DNA of 64,000 nt, taken from the IMG/VR virus record IMGVR_UViG_3300032307_000505, positions 18,786 to 82,785 of that record; one strand, written 5' to 3'. A program made the translations under genes and the position numbers. A model generated the notes under the pieces. The model was not told the DNA's origin. It saw nothing but the letters and a program-made list of their open reading frames with translations, and searched no databases. This document shows positions 54,742-64,000 of the stretch, piece after piece (positions within the stretch are counted from its first letter, which is position 1; every line of letters starts with the position of its first letter). This stretch comes from a virus. Its lineage: Duplodnaviria; Heunggongvirae; Uroviricota; Caudoviricetes.

Positions 54742-56198
54742 TGAAGACGATATTCTCATTTTTATTTCTTATATTTACAACCATGGTATTAGGTCAAGGG
54801 TTTACATATTCGTATGCAGACCCTTGTACTTCCAAAACCAAGGAAATTTTTATTCCAAATCCATCACAAAGTGTGGTGTTATCATATAATGGGTCAGTAC
54901 AAAGTTTTACATACGCTCAACTTCAATCAGGTGCAATGGAACAATGGATAAATGAGGTAAATTCTCAAAATCCTTCAGGTCCTTGTAGTGGTGTAGGTCT
55001 TCAACTGAATACATCCGTTAACGCGACAATTGCAGCCAATAACATACAAGTATTAACTACTGTATTAACCTCAATGTCTTCAATATCATCCGCAGGTATG
55101 TCAAATGTGGAAGGTATTATTCAAGCAGATGAAAAAGTATCATCTAATAATGAAAGACAGAAGGATAAAACCAAAATAGAAAATAATGCAACAACTAATA
55201 TTAACGGAGGAAGTACAACAACTACTAACACAAATTCAGGAACTTCGCAAGGCGGGGGAAATCAAAACAATGGTTCAGGAGTTGGAAACGGAACTAATCC
55301 GCAAGGAGGAACGACTTCAAATTCAAATAACCCAACTACAACAGGAGGTCAGTCGTCTCAGTCACCTGTAACTTCCGGTAATAACCCAACACCAAATACT
55401 AATAACTCCACAACACCAAATACTAATAACTCCTCAGGTGTAAGTAATATCACAGGAGGGATTAATTCTGTCAAATTAGACAATACTGAAAAATCAGATA
55501 AAGAAAAACTTGATGACGCACAATCCTCATCATCAACAACCTCTTCATCAACTAAAAGTAAAGTTGCTGCAGTTAAAAAAGGTAGTTTAATGATGACAGG
55601 AGATATTGTGGTAATAGGAAGTGCTGCAGGAACTGACCCTTCTCAAATAAGAGTAAATACGAGTATCATTTCATCAAACACAAAAAACACATTTGCAAAA
55701 GGGGCATTAGTTAATTATACAAGTCAAGTTAACAACACGAATATCACATTATTCGCGTCATATCGTTATAAAAAATCAACAACAATTATTGCAAATTCCT
55801 CTATGATGAATTTTGATAAAGATTTTTTTAACACAACCTCTGTAATGGAGTCGTACCAAATAAAAAAAATCACCACAACCGTGGGGGTTAACTATACAAC
55901 AGGAAATTTAGGGGAATCTAAATTTCAAAGTATCTCCACATTAGGCGGTGCATTTGGTAGTTTTAATGTTAATAGAAAAATGGGTATGACAACAATGTTT
56001 GTTATCGTATATTCTCCTTTTGTATATTATTATGAGGGAATATGGTATCAATCAGGTCTATTAGCAGTTCCATTTGTTGCGGTAGATTATAAATTAACTA
56101 AAAAATTTAAACTAAACCTAAGTTTTAGTGGGGTACAACAAATAAATGACCAACCACTAAACTACCAAGTATTACTTGGAGCTAAAGCATTTTTATAA
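54741..56198 (+). CDS. secreted low-complexity (S/T/N/Q/G-rich) protein with beta-rich C-terminal region
   Basis: Signal peptide MKTIFSFLFLIFTTMVLG. About 200 aa of N/T/S/G/Q-rich repeats (TNTNSGTSQGGGNQNNGSG...). C-terminal third has alternating hydrophobic residues. Confidence 0.5.
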   Translation: MKTIFSFLFLIFTTMVLGQGFTYSYADPCTSKTKEIFIPNPSQSVVLSYNGSVQSFTYAQLQSGAMEQWINEVNSQNPSGPCSGVGLQLNTSVNATIAANNIQVLTTVLTSMSSISSAGMSNVEGIIQADEKVSSNNERQKDKTKIENNATTNINGGSTTTTNTNSGTSQGGGNQNNGSGVGNGTNPQGGTTSNSNNPTTTGGQSSQSPVTSGNNPTPNTNNSTTPNTNNSSGVSNITGGINSVKLDNTEKSDKEKLDDAQSSSSTTSSSTKSKVAAVKKGSLMMTGDIVVIGSAAGTDPSQIRVNTSIISSNTKNTFAKGALVNYTSQVNNTNITLFASYRYKKSTTIIANSSMMNFDKDFFNTTSVMESYQIKKITTTVGVNYTTGNLGESKFQSISTLGGAFGSFNVNRKMGMTTMFVIVYSPFVYYYEGIWYQSGLLAVPFVAVDYKLTKKFKLNLSFSGVQQINDQPLNYQVLLGAKAFL

Positions 56199-56200
56199 CT

Positions 56201-56986
56201 ATGAAAAAATTATTAATACTAATACCTTTATTAATTTGTGGGAATTTATTCGGTCAGCCCGCACCTCCTCCATCTAGTTCAACACCAAGTTCTACTGAAC
56301 TATTTGGAAATTCCCAAAATAATATAATTGGAGCTCAATCTAAATCATTTGGGGGTGGTTCTATAATTAAACCTAACCCTATGTTAACATCTGCCGATTT
56401 CGCATTAATTCAAAATCCAACATATGAAGATGGATGGAGACATGGTACAAGTTTAGGATGGAGTAAAATAAATGAAGGTAAAGGTTTTGGGGTTAATGCG
56501 GTTTTAACATTTGATTTAACACAACAATCCTATTCTTCTTACTATAAAAATAAAAACTTGTATTATCATTTTAATTTTGGTAAGATGGGTACTACGATTA
56601 ATTTAGGAGGTAGTGTTACTAAAATGTTTTTAACTGATAAAATAAATTTTGGAGTTCAAATAGGGTCTACGGTGCTTGAAGACCATAAATACGTTTATTT
56701 TATATTAGTCCCTTATACGGTATTAATGGCAAATAAAGAAATTAAAATATCCAACAAAATTAAATGGACTCCAGAAACATTTATAACAATATGTTCACCA
56801 TATTACGATTTAGGTTTGGGAACATTAGGAACTTCAACAACATTCAATTCAGTGGTCGGAAATTCTTTATCGGTAAACATATCAAAATCGTTTAAAATGA
56901 ATACTAATTGGAGAATGAACATAAACACAACACCGAAATTTGGTATTATGAATAATATCTTAATAGGTGGAAATTTAGATTTTTAA
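56201..56986 (+). CDS. secreted putative outer-membrane beta-barrel protein
   Basis: Signal peptide MKKLLILIPLLICGNLFG, alternating hydrophobic strands, C-terminal ...GGNLDF (terminal Phe). Confidence 0.45.
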   Translation: MKKLLILIPLLICGNLFGQPAPPPSSSTPSSTELFGNSQNNIIGAQSKSFGGGSIIKPNPMLTSADFALIQNPTYEDGWRHGTSLGWSKINEGKGFGVNAVLTFDLTQQSYSSYYKNKNLYYHFNFGKMGTTINLGGSVTKMFLTDKINFGVQIGSTVLEDHKYVYFILVPYTVLMANKEIKISNKIKWTPETFITICSPYYDLGLGTLGTSTTFNSVVGNSLSVNISKSFKMNTNWRMNINTTPKFGIMNNILIGGNLDF

Positions 56987-56988
56987 AT

Positions 56989-57435
56989 ATGAAAAAATTA
57001 TTAATTACATTATTGATGTTAGGTTCACTAACATCTTTCTCTCAAAATTGTTATACAGTTAAAGAAGTTAAAAACAATGGAGATATCGAAGGTGTTAACC
57101 CAAAAAGATTCACTTTAGGAGTTAAACAAATTACTGAAGAAATATTATCAGTTAACAATACAATATGTGAAGACGGTAAACCTGTTTCAGTATTAATAGA
57201 AAGTATTGAAGCTCCGTCAACCGGTATTTCATTAGGTCCGTTTGAAAGAAAAAGAAAAAAAACAATCGTTACTTTATTTGTTACTATGGACGGTAAAGAA
57301 CACAAAGGAGTAGGGGAATCAAATACCGATGTTAAATCGACATTCATAGAATTACAAGATGAAAACTTACCTTTTGAGAAATCAGCATTTTCTTCAGCAT
57401 TAAAAAAAGCATTACAAAACGCATTAGAACTATAA
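56989..57435 (+). CDS. small secreted protein
   Basis: Signal peptide MKKLLITLLMLGSLTSFSQ; 148 aa. Confidence 0.45.
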   Translation: MKKLLITLLMLGSLTSFSQNCYTVKEVKNNGDIEGVNPKRFTLGVKQITEEILSVNNTICEDGKPVSVLIESIEAPSTGISLGPFERKRKKTIVTLFVTMDGKEHKGVGESNTDVKSTFIELQDENLPFEKSAFSSALKKALQNALEL

Positions 57436-58410
57436 ATGACAAAGTTATTCTACATATTACTTTTATTTTCAACAATCTCATGGAGTCAAAACTTTACTTA
57501 CTCGGGGTATATCTATAACTCGGTAGGTGGTGGTGTTCAAAATATGGAAGTAAAATTGTATAAAAGAACAACACCAACCTTAAATGGTTTTACGTCTCAA
57601 AATAACTATAACGGACATTCTTACTATCGTTCAACAGGTTCAATGACTTGGACGGACGCAAGACAAGCGTGTTTAAACATGGGAGGACATTTAGTTACAG
57701 TAACTTCACCCGCTGAGAACAACTTTATATTTAATCTATGGCCAAATGGTTGGATTGGATTAACGGATGAAGTCTCGGAAGGTACTTGGAGATGGGTAAC
57801 AAATGAACCTTTTTCTTGGTCTAATTGGAACGGAGGTGAACCAAATAATGCAGGGAATGAAGATTATATTCAATTTGTGGGAGGAGGTAAATGGAATGAT
57901 TTACCTAACGTTTCTCTACCATATGTTTTGGAATTCGAATATATTGTAACATTTACGGAATGGGTATACGTAAAAAGTGTTTACACAGATTCAAATGGGA
58001 GATACTTAATTAATGAAGTTTCAAACCCTTCGGTTGAGTGGTATTTACAAATTAGTACTCCCACAACACCAACAATATTATCAAATGCCGACGCCCAACA
58101 ATCAAACACTAAAGCAATCACAAGAACATTTACAACGTTAGATTACTACAAGTTTGATGTTAACAATGACAGTAGAATCAATATTTCAGACTCATATTAT
58201 ATTTTTATGAGAAAATCTGGTCTTCTTTCATCTTGGAATGCGTCTTTACCTAACTCAAGAATTTTCACACCAAGTCAATATTCAATACTTAATTCATCTA
58301 CATCTGATTTAAGAAATTCTTACCCCGGAGTTCAAAGTTTTACAATTAATTCACCAATAAATGGTGGAAGTTCAAATTTTTATTTAATAACAACGGGTAA
58401 AAAGGACTAA
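57436..58410 (+). CDS. secreted C-type lectin domain protein
   Basis: Signal peptide, then WTDARQAC..GGHLVTVTS..E..F...WIGLTDEVSEGTWRWV...WSNWNGGEPNN...EDYIQF..GGKWND, the CTLD consensus (WIGL, EPN, WND). Confidence 0.65.
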   Translation: MTKLFYILLLFSTISWSQNFTYSGYIYNSVGGGVQNMEVKLYKRTTPTLNGFTSQNNYNGHSYYRSTGSMTWTDARQACLNMGGHLVTVTSPAENNFIFNLWPNGWIGLTDEVSEGTWRWVTNEPFSWSNWNGGEPNNAGNEDYIQFVGGGKWNDLPNVSLPYVLEFEYIVTFTEWVYVKSVYTDSNGRYLINEVSNPSVEWYLQISTPTTPTILSNADAQQSNTKAITRTFTTLDYYKFDVNNDSRINISDSYYIFMRKSGLLSSWNASLPNSRIFTPSQYSILNSSTSDLRNSYPGVQSFTINSPINGGSSNFYLITTGKKD

Positions 58411-58446
58411 AAGTAAAGTATTTATAGTAATAAAACGTAAATTACT

Positions 58447-59268
58447 ATGATACTAAAAAATGGCTCAAAAGGCGAAGAAGTTAAAAAACTTCAATCAAAA
58501 TTAGGGACAACACCTGATGGTGTTTTTGGTCCCGGAACTGAAAAATTGGTTAAAGAATGGCAAACCAAAAATGGATTAACATCTGACGGAATCGTTGGTG
58601 ATGGTACTTGGAAAAAAATGTTTCCGGGTGAAGTTATTAAAGAAGATGTCGTTATCCCATCAGGAGGTCCGTTTAAATTAGAAAAACTAAAAGGTCACAT
58701 CCCGGAATCCGTAATTGCTCAAATTCCTGACACTGCAAAAAAATTCAACATTACAAACCCATTAAGATTAGCACATTTCTTAGCTCAATGTGGTCATGAA
58801 TCAGGTGGATTCAAAGCAGTTTCTGAAAATGTTAACTATTCTGCGGATGGTCTTAAAAAGATATTCCCAAAATATTTTCCTGGTAACTTAGCAGAATCTT
58901 ACGCAAGAAACCCTGAAAAAATCGCATCAAAAGTGTATGGTGGAAGAATGGGTAATGGAGATGAAGCGTCAAAAGATGGTTTCAAATTCAGAGGTCGTGG
59001 TTATATCCAATTAACAGGGAAACAAAACTATACAAACTTCGCAAAATTTATCGGTGAGGACACAGTTTCAAATCCTGATTTAGTTGCAACAAAATATCCG
59101 TTGGCGTCTGCGGCATTTTTCTTTGACTCAAACAAACTTTGGTCCATTTGTGATAAAGGAGCGGATGATGCAACAGTAACTGCGGTAACTAAAAGAGTAA
59201 ATGGAGGGACTATTGGTTTACCTGATAGAATCAAACACTTCAAAGAATACTATAATCTTTTAAAGTAA
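58447..59268 (+). CDS. endolysin: PG_binding_1 domain + GH19 glycoside hydrolase domain
   Basis: N-terminal LKNGSKGEEVKKLQSKLGTTPDGVFGPGTEKLVKEWQTKNGLTSDGIVG (PG-binding repeat). Catalytic region LAHFLAQCGHESGGF and GH19 signature FRGRGYIQLTGKQNY. Confidence 0.75.
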   Translation: MILKNGSKGEEVKKLQSKLGTTPDGVFGPGTEKLVKEWQTKNGLTSDGIVGDGTWKKMFPGEVIKEDVVIPSGGPFKLEKLKGHIPESVIAQIPDTAKKFNITNPLRLAHFLAQCGHESGGFKAVSENVNYSADGLKKIFPKYFPGNLAESYARNPEKIASKVYGGRMGNGDEASKDGFKFRGRGYIQLTGKQNYTNFAKFIGEDTVSNPDLVATKYPLASAAFFFDSNKLWSICDKGADDATVTAVTKRVNGGTIGLPDRIKHFKEYYNLLK

Positions 59269-59273
59269 TTTTT

Positions 59274-59579
59274 TTGGACATATTATTAAATTATTTATCT
59301 TTGCAAGAAAAAGAAATGGCTATATCAAGTAACTTGAATTCGGCTCTTAATGACTATAAATGGGTTGTTAAGATTTTGAACTCTTCAGAAACGAAGGAGC
59401 ATTTGGATTGCACTGAAAAATGTTTTAATCTTTGGGATAGTAAACATTTATTATCCGGAACTAATGGTATTGAGAGAAAATTATTACGAAGATTAAGAAA
59501 TAATTTTTGGAGTCATTTTCATCAAAAAAGAATTTCATTAACAGTTAAAAAAAAGTTGGTTTCCAGTACAACTAACTGA
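59274..59579 (+). CDS. hypothetical small protein
   Basis: 101 aa. Confidence 0.4.
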   Translation: MDILLNYLSLQEKEMAISSNLNSALNDYKWVVKILNSSETKEHLDCTEKCFNLWDSKHLLSGTNGIERKLLRRLRNNFWSHFHQKRISLTVKKKLVSSTTN

Positions 59580-59652
59580 ACTTTTTTAGAATATTAGTGT
59601 ATTTATTCATACACACCACTCCTTTTAGAGTGTTCTCATATATCTTTTTCCA

Positions 59653-59690
59653 AAAGACCCGTAAATTTATTTTGACGGGTCTTATTTTTT
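59653..59690 (+). terminator. rho-independent terminator
   Basis: AAGACCCGT aaatttattttg ACGGGTCTT followed by T8. Confidence 0.6.
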
Positions 59691-59717
59691 TACTATCTTT
59701 GTAGAAAATATTAAAAA

Positions 59718-60353
59718 ATGGAGCCAGAAAAAGACATATTCGAACAATGGGCGGAAAAAAGAGAGAAAGAATCTTGGATTGTAAGAAAATTACGATTCAT
59801 ACCATTATGGTGGAATCATGAAGGGAAATACTTACATAAAGAAATAAAATGGGGTATTCAAAATATAATTTATTGGTTCCCAATCATATGGAAAGACCGA
59901 AATTGGGATAGTCATTACATCTTTGATATAATGAAACATAAATTAACCTCTCAAGCTAACTATATTGGACGTAGAGATTTACATACTCGAGCACAGTTAG
60001 ACGCTAAACGAATGAGATTGTGTGTTAAATTGATGGGTTTAATTCAAGACGAGTTTTATTCGTCAGAATACTCGGATTATCATAAAACCAAACATTGGTT
60101 TGAACCAGTTCCGGGTGACGAAAGATTATCATCTTGGGAATCAAGAATATTGGAAGAAAATTTTGATGATTATTTCAAAAAATACCCATTAATTTACAAA
60201 AGAGTAATGAACGGTGAGGGTGGAAGAAATATAGAAGGTCGTGAGGATGATAAACAATTAATTGCGATGAATATTGGTTACATAAATCACGACAGGGCAA
60301 GAAAAATGTTATTCAAAATTATGGAGGAAAATATTGAAGGTTGGTGGGATTAA
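59718..60353 (+). CDS. hypothetical protein
   Basis: 211 aa, Trp-rich. Confidence 0.5.
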   Translation: MEPEKDIFEQWAEKREKESWIVRKLRFIPLWWNHEGKYLHKEIKWGIQNIIYWFPIIWKDRNWDSHYIFDIMKHKLTSQANYIGRRDLHTRAQLDAKRMRLCVKLMGLIQDEFYSSEYSDYHKTKHWFEPVPGDERLSSWESRILEENFDDYFKKYPLIYKRVMNGEGGRNIEGREDDKQLIAMNIGYINHDRARKMLFKIMEENIEGWWD

Positions 60354-60484
60354 TCTGACCTCCATATTTATACATAAATTGTAAATATGGAATCAGAATC
60401 TTACATTGGTTTAGTTATTATGGGGTCATTAATTGTTACCATGGTTATTGCCTTAATTGTAGACGAAATTAAAAAGAAATAGTT

Positions 60485-60679
60485 ATGTGGAAAGTTTATT
60501 TATTGATGTTTATTGTTGTTCTTGTTATATCCATTTTATGGGTTAACTCAATTACTAATATGCAAAAAAATCACCCTGATTATAAAGGGGAAGATTGGTT
60601 AAATTGGGATGAAAATGATAAATTAGATATTAATCTTTGGGATAAAGATGAAGATAGGAAAGATTATGATGAAGATTAA
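60485..60679 (+). CDS. hypothetical small membrane protein
   Basis: N-terminal TM helix then acidic tail. Confidence 0.35.
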   Translation: MWKVYLLMFIVVLVISILWVNSITNMQKNHPDYKGEDWLNWDENDKLDINLWDKDEDRKDYDED

Positions 60680-60715
60680 AAATCTTTTTATTATCTTTGT
60701 AAAAAATTAGAACTA

Positions 60716-61420
60716 ATGAGAATAACACTTATTTCAGACACACACAACAAACACAAACAAATCACCGGAGATTTACCGGGAGGAGATTTATTGGTACATA
60801 GTGGTGATATCTCTTCAATGGGTTACGAACACGAAATCAGAGAGTTCTGTAAGTGGTTTAATAGTATTGAGGGTTATACTCACAAGGTATTCATCGCAGG
60901 AAACCACGATTGGGGATTTCAAGATAACGTAGAGAAAGTAAAAGAGATTTTAGATTTCTATACTGATATCGTGTACCTACAAGATAGTGAATTAGTTATT
61001 AAAGTTGGTGACGAAAGAGAAGTTAAAATTTATGGGTCTCCTTGGCAACCTTGGTTTCATGATTGGGCATTCAATTTACAAAAAAATGGTATTGCTCTTT
61101 CAGGTAAATGGGAAGGAATTCCTGATGATACTGATATCTTACTTACTCACGGACCGGCTTTTGGAATCTTAGACACTGTTGATGGTAGAAGATACGATAA
61201 TTTAGGTTGTGAGTTATTGGTTGAAAGATTAGAAAGATTGAATGTGAAAATCCATAATGTTGGTCATATCCATACCGGTTATGGTTACGTTAAAAAAGGA
61301 GATACTCATCACTTTAACTCCTCAGTATTAGATGAAAGATACATCTACACTCAAAAACCAATGACTATTGATTGGAATCCGGAAACAAACGAAGTAAATT
61401 TTATTGAAGATGAAAAATAA
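60716..61420 (+). CDS. calcineurin-like metallophosphoesterase (second copy)
   Basis: ISDTHNKH, HSGDIS, AGNHDWG, LTHGP, GHIHTGYG motifs. Confidence 0.65.
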   Translation: MRITLISDTHNKHKQITGDLPGGDLLVHSGDISSMGYEHEIREFCKWFNSIEGYTHKVFIAGNHDWGFQDNVEKVKEILDFYTDIVYLQDSELVIKVGDEREVKIYGSPWQPWFHDWAFNLQKNGIALSGKWEGIPDDTDILLTHGPAFGILDTVDGRRYDNLGCELLVERLERLNVKIHNVGHIHTGYGYVKKGDTHHFNSSVLDERYIYTQKPMTIDWNPETNEVNFIEDEK

Positions 61421-61703
61421 AAAAGATTTATTAATTTGTGATTGTCATTCAACTGACCATCAATTAATTATATGGTATGAGGAAAATGAATTAGATGATG
61501 GACGAACATACCCAATGTGTTATTTTCACATTCATTTAACTAAACGTCCATTTTGGCAAAGAGTTGCCTATGGTTTGAGATATATCTTTGGGAGACAATG
61601 TAGATACGGAGCTTTTGATGAATTTATCTTTAACCCGGATGATTCAGGCAAATTACAAGAATTGGTTGATTATTTAAAAAGAGAACATAAAGGTGGTGAA
61701 TAA
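61404..61703 (+). CDS. hypothetical small protein
   Basis: 99 aa; overlaps upstream stop. Confidence 0.4.
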   Translation: MKMKNKKDLLICDCHSTDHQLIIWYEENELDDGRTYPMCYFHIHLTKRPFWQRVAYGLRYIFGRQCRYGAFDEFIFNPDDSGKLQELVDYLKREHKGGE

Positions 61704-61727
61704 CCACCTTTTGTTGTATTTATTAGT

Positions 61728-62366
61728 ATGGCAAGTCAAAGTAGTTTTTCAAGATTCCCAAAAAAACAATTGGTTTTTATTGCGGATAAACTTATCAAAG
61801 ATGGATTTGAGTGGGATGATGTTACTCATAATTATGAGGACATATACGATTCTAATGAAGATATACTTAAACATGTATCCACATATTTTAACGAATCCGT
61901 AGTTGAAGATGATGTCCAATTTTTTATGAAATTTTTGGAAATTAATAGTGGTTTACTTGATTTAATATTTAAAAATAACGATAAGTCATTAATAGAACAA
62001 CTTGTAATCCCACAAGCAAAAGATTATTTAGTTGAATACACCACTAATGGTACTTGTACCTTTATCGAATATTATGAAACAAATTTTTCATGTTATGATA
62101 AAGATTGGGTAATAGATTCTATATACTTACAAAGAAATAACGGAGATTGGGATACTTATTCCGGGGTTCTTAAAAACACTGAATATGATAATTGGGAAAC
62201 AAATGATTTTGAAATTGATAAAATTAGAGAAATCCCTAATGAAGTTCAAGAATCTCGTAATCCGAGAAAATTATTAGAAAACACCGAAAAACTTATCCCT
62301 AAATTAGACAAAGACACTCTTGTTAGTCTAAAATTTCTTATAGACAAACAATTAAGAAACCTTTGA
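61728..62366 (+). CDS. hypothetical acidic protein
   Basis: 212 aa. Confidence 0.45.
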   Translation: MASQSSFSRFPKKQLVFIADKLIKDGFEWDDVTHNYEDIYDSNEDILKHVSTYFNESVVEDDVQFFMKFLEINSGLLDLIFKNNDKSLIEQLVIPQAKDYLVEYTTNGTCTFIEYYETNFSCYDKDWVIDSIYLQRNNGDWDTYSGVLKNTEYDNWETNDFEIDKIREIPNEVQESRNPRKLLENTEKLIPKLDKDTLVSLKFLIDKQLRNL

Positions 62367-62579
62367 TTTTCTTGTAGTTTTTTTCTTAGCCTCTTTTGCC
62401 AATTCACCTAAAGTCTTTTTCTTTGACGGGTCTGACCATTCATAACCTTTCTTATACCTAATTTCAACCTCTACAGGTCCAAATGTGCTTACAGATGAAT
62501 CGTACTTCCAAATGGTAGTTGTTTGTTCATCTTCGTAAACCACTTGTCTTTTTGTATTTTTTTCTATTTGTATTGCCAT
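62352..62579 (-). CDS. hypothetical small basic protein
   Basis: 75 aa. Confidence 0.4.
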   Translation of the reverse strand: MAIQIEKNTKRQVVYEDEQTTTIWKYDSSVSTFGPVEVEIRYKKGYEWSDPSKKKTLGELAKEAKKKTTRKSKVS

Positions 62580-62641
62580 AGGTGCAAATATACAAAATTT
62601 TATTAAATAAAAAACCCCTCAATTAGGAGGGGTTAGTTAAT

Positions 62642-62893
62642 TTACTCTTCAGTTTCTTCACCTTTGTTTTTGTTAATCCATTTGTCAACCGAACCGATAC
62701 CAAATGAACCTAAAACTAACCACATAAAGGCGTTGAAGATAAACTCGTTTATTACTAGGTCTTGACCTAAATAACCTGTGACAATATCCGCAATTGCGAA
62801 TGCACTCATCATGATGAAAGCTAAAAAGCCAACAACACTTTTTTCATTAATTGAGTTACTATCATTGAATAACTCGCTAAAAAATTTTTTCAT
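62642..62893 (-). CDS. small membrane protein (holin-like topology)
   Basis: 83 aa with two hydrophobic helices and a charged C-terminus. The topology call is an inference. Confidence 0.35.
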   Translation of the reverse strand: MKKFFSELFNDSNSINEKSVVGFLAFIMMSAFAIADIVTGYLGQDLVINEFIFNAFMWLVLGSFGIGSVDKWINKNKGEETEE

Positions 62894-63227
62894 AGTATTT
62901 GGTAATTTACTTAACTATAAATATCAAAAAAATAGCCTTTTTCCACTAAAAATGGTTTTAGTTATTTAAATGTCCAAAATTTTCCACTAAAACCTAAATT
63001 AATTAATATATTTTCCACTATTTATGTGTAAAACATTTATAACATGGCAAAAGTTAATACAGGTTCAAATTCATCAGTTAAATTAGAGACTGCAAAAGTT
63101 AGTCGTCCGGGGGTTCATTCAAAAACTAAGACATCTAAGTTAAAACAATCTAAAAACTACAAGAAATCATATAAAGGACAAGGAAGATAACCTATCTTAA
63201 TTATAAAATTTTATTATATTTCTTATT

Positions 63228-63515
63228 ATGCTAGATAAGAAACGAAGGTTCTTTCGACTAATAGAAAGTTATATTAATGATTTCCGGGGAGACGCGGTAC
63301 GAGAGTTCTATGGGGATAAGGCACGAATTAAAGTTCACTCGATGAAAACCGGTGTAACTGATAATTCTATTATGTTGGAAGTTGTTGTGTATTTAGGAGA
63401 TATCATCAACGAAGATGTGATGAATGACACACTTGCACATGTTTTAATTCAAGATTCTATGGTATATTTTTTTCCAGATTCTAAAATTAGTACATACGTC
63501 AGATTCGACGTTTAA
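63228..63515 (+). CDS. hypothetical small protein
   Basis: 95 aa. Confidence 0.4.
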   Translation: MLDKKRRFFRLIESYINDFRGDAVREFYGDKARIKVHSMKTGVTDNSIMLEVVVYLGDIINEDVMNDTLAHVLIQDSMVYFFPDSKISTYVRFDV

Positions 63516-63823
63516 TTTGTCTTAGCGTTTTTTAAAGTTTCGTGAAGTTCGTTATTTTCTTTTTGTAAAAATTCAACCTTAATTGCTAATTGAGCAACAG
63601 ATTCAGTCAATTTTAATATGGTTTCTCTCATATTATCTTTTTCTTTACTACTTTCTTGTAATAAAACTTCTAATTTCCCAATTCTATCTCTACAATCATG
63701 TCTGATAAAATCTTCATCTTTTTCTTTTCTTAAAGCTCTTTTTTCGTAAAATCTCCAAGCACTTGCGGACCCTAATACGGTTAACGCGGTGATTAAAACT
63801 GTCCAAACTGATTCCTGTGGCAT
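63512..63823 (-). CDS. N-terminal TM + coiled-coil protein (i-spanin-like topology)
   Basis: TVLITALTVLGSASAW TM helix then heptad-like KLEVLLQESSKEKDNMRETILKLTESVAQLAIKVEFLQKENNELHETLK. Confidence 0.35.
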   Translation of the reverse strand: MPQESVWTVLITALTVLGSASAWRFYEKRALRKEKDEDFIRHDCRDRIGKLEVLLQESSKEKDNMRETILKLTESVAQLAIKVEFLQKENNELHETLKNAKTN

Positions 63824-64000
63824 ATTATTAAGTATTTCTAAATAAATATGTCATTGTTAATAAAAATATAGAACTTTGGTCGGGAAGCGAATAATTATTA
63901 TTCTTAAAAGAATAATAATATAACAATAAAATATAATAAAAAACTAAAAAAGAAAAATAAGCACTAGTACTAGAACTAGTTAGGCAAAATCCACACAACA

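Noticed and set aside
22043-63500. Track ORFs nested in larger genes (22043..22339, 22196..22438, 22855..23112, 23300..23650, 25329..25517, 27225..27543, 28627..28884, 29825..30040, 31819..32046, 32980..33210, 34128..34328, 35394..35603, 36250..36601, 38261..38860, 38936..39118, 41115..41420, 42405..42668, 43664..43849, 44282..44742, 45866..46078, 47854..48042, 48652..48846, 48990..49223, 52557..52751, 53813..54088, 55186..55371, 57051..57347, 59028..59243, 61693..61902, 62778..62969)
   Set aside because: Each is embedded in, or antisense to, a longer ORF with domain evidence or coherent operon context, and has compositionally biased translations.
1-64000. Alternative reading: bacterial chromosome with a prophage integrated at the ssrA (tmRNA) 3' end
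   Set aside because: Genes on both sides of the tmRNA are phage-like. No integrase or att-like duplicate of the tmRNA 3' end was seen in the window. The tmRNA has its own promoter-like region and terminator flanked by phage genes.
1-64000. CRISPR arrays
   Set aside because: No regularly spaced direct repeats of 24-48 bp. The only repeats are the leader motif and the mosaic duplications described above.

Overview
This window is AT-rich (about 30-35% GC), densely coding, and reads as part of a large bacteriophage genome infecting a Bacteroidetes/Flavobacteriia host. Evidence for the host clade: a T9SS type-A C-terminal sorting domain on a large secreted protein (51734..53617) and a conserved A-rich start-proximal leader in place of Shine-Dalgarno sites. 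Evidence for phage origin: two HNH and one GIY-YIG homing-endonuclease genes embedded in a tRNA island, a ThyA-family gene, an Rnl1-type RNA ligase, a ClpP-family protease, a GH19 endolysin and many tiny early-type ORFs. The main content is: (i) a phage-borne tmRNA (3154..3544); (ii) a tRNA island of about 27 tRNA genes, all on the minus strand (9.5-21.7 kb), including several structurally atypical ones, cut by homing endonucleases and two GC-rich structured non-coding regions; (iii) an array of tiny minus-strand genes (12.2-16.7 kb) with a repeated ATG-proximal leader motif and mosaic duplications that include decayed HNH 3' ends; (iv) a sugar/modification gene set (two tandem NodU/CmcH carbamoyltransferases, a GT17 glycosyltransferase, an RmlC-like epimerase, an SDR epimerase/dehydratase, a 2OG-Fe(II) oxygenase, and a ThyA-family enzyme with two large insertions); (v) a tightly packed operon of secreted/outer-membrane proteins (53.7-58.4 kb) containing a CsgG-family lipoprotein, Q/N/S/T-rich and beta-barrel-like proteins and a C-type lectin, next to the endolysin. 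All calls are by-eye motif and structure reading from the raw sequence; no database search was run.
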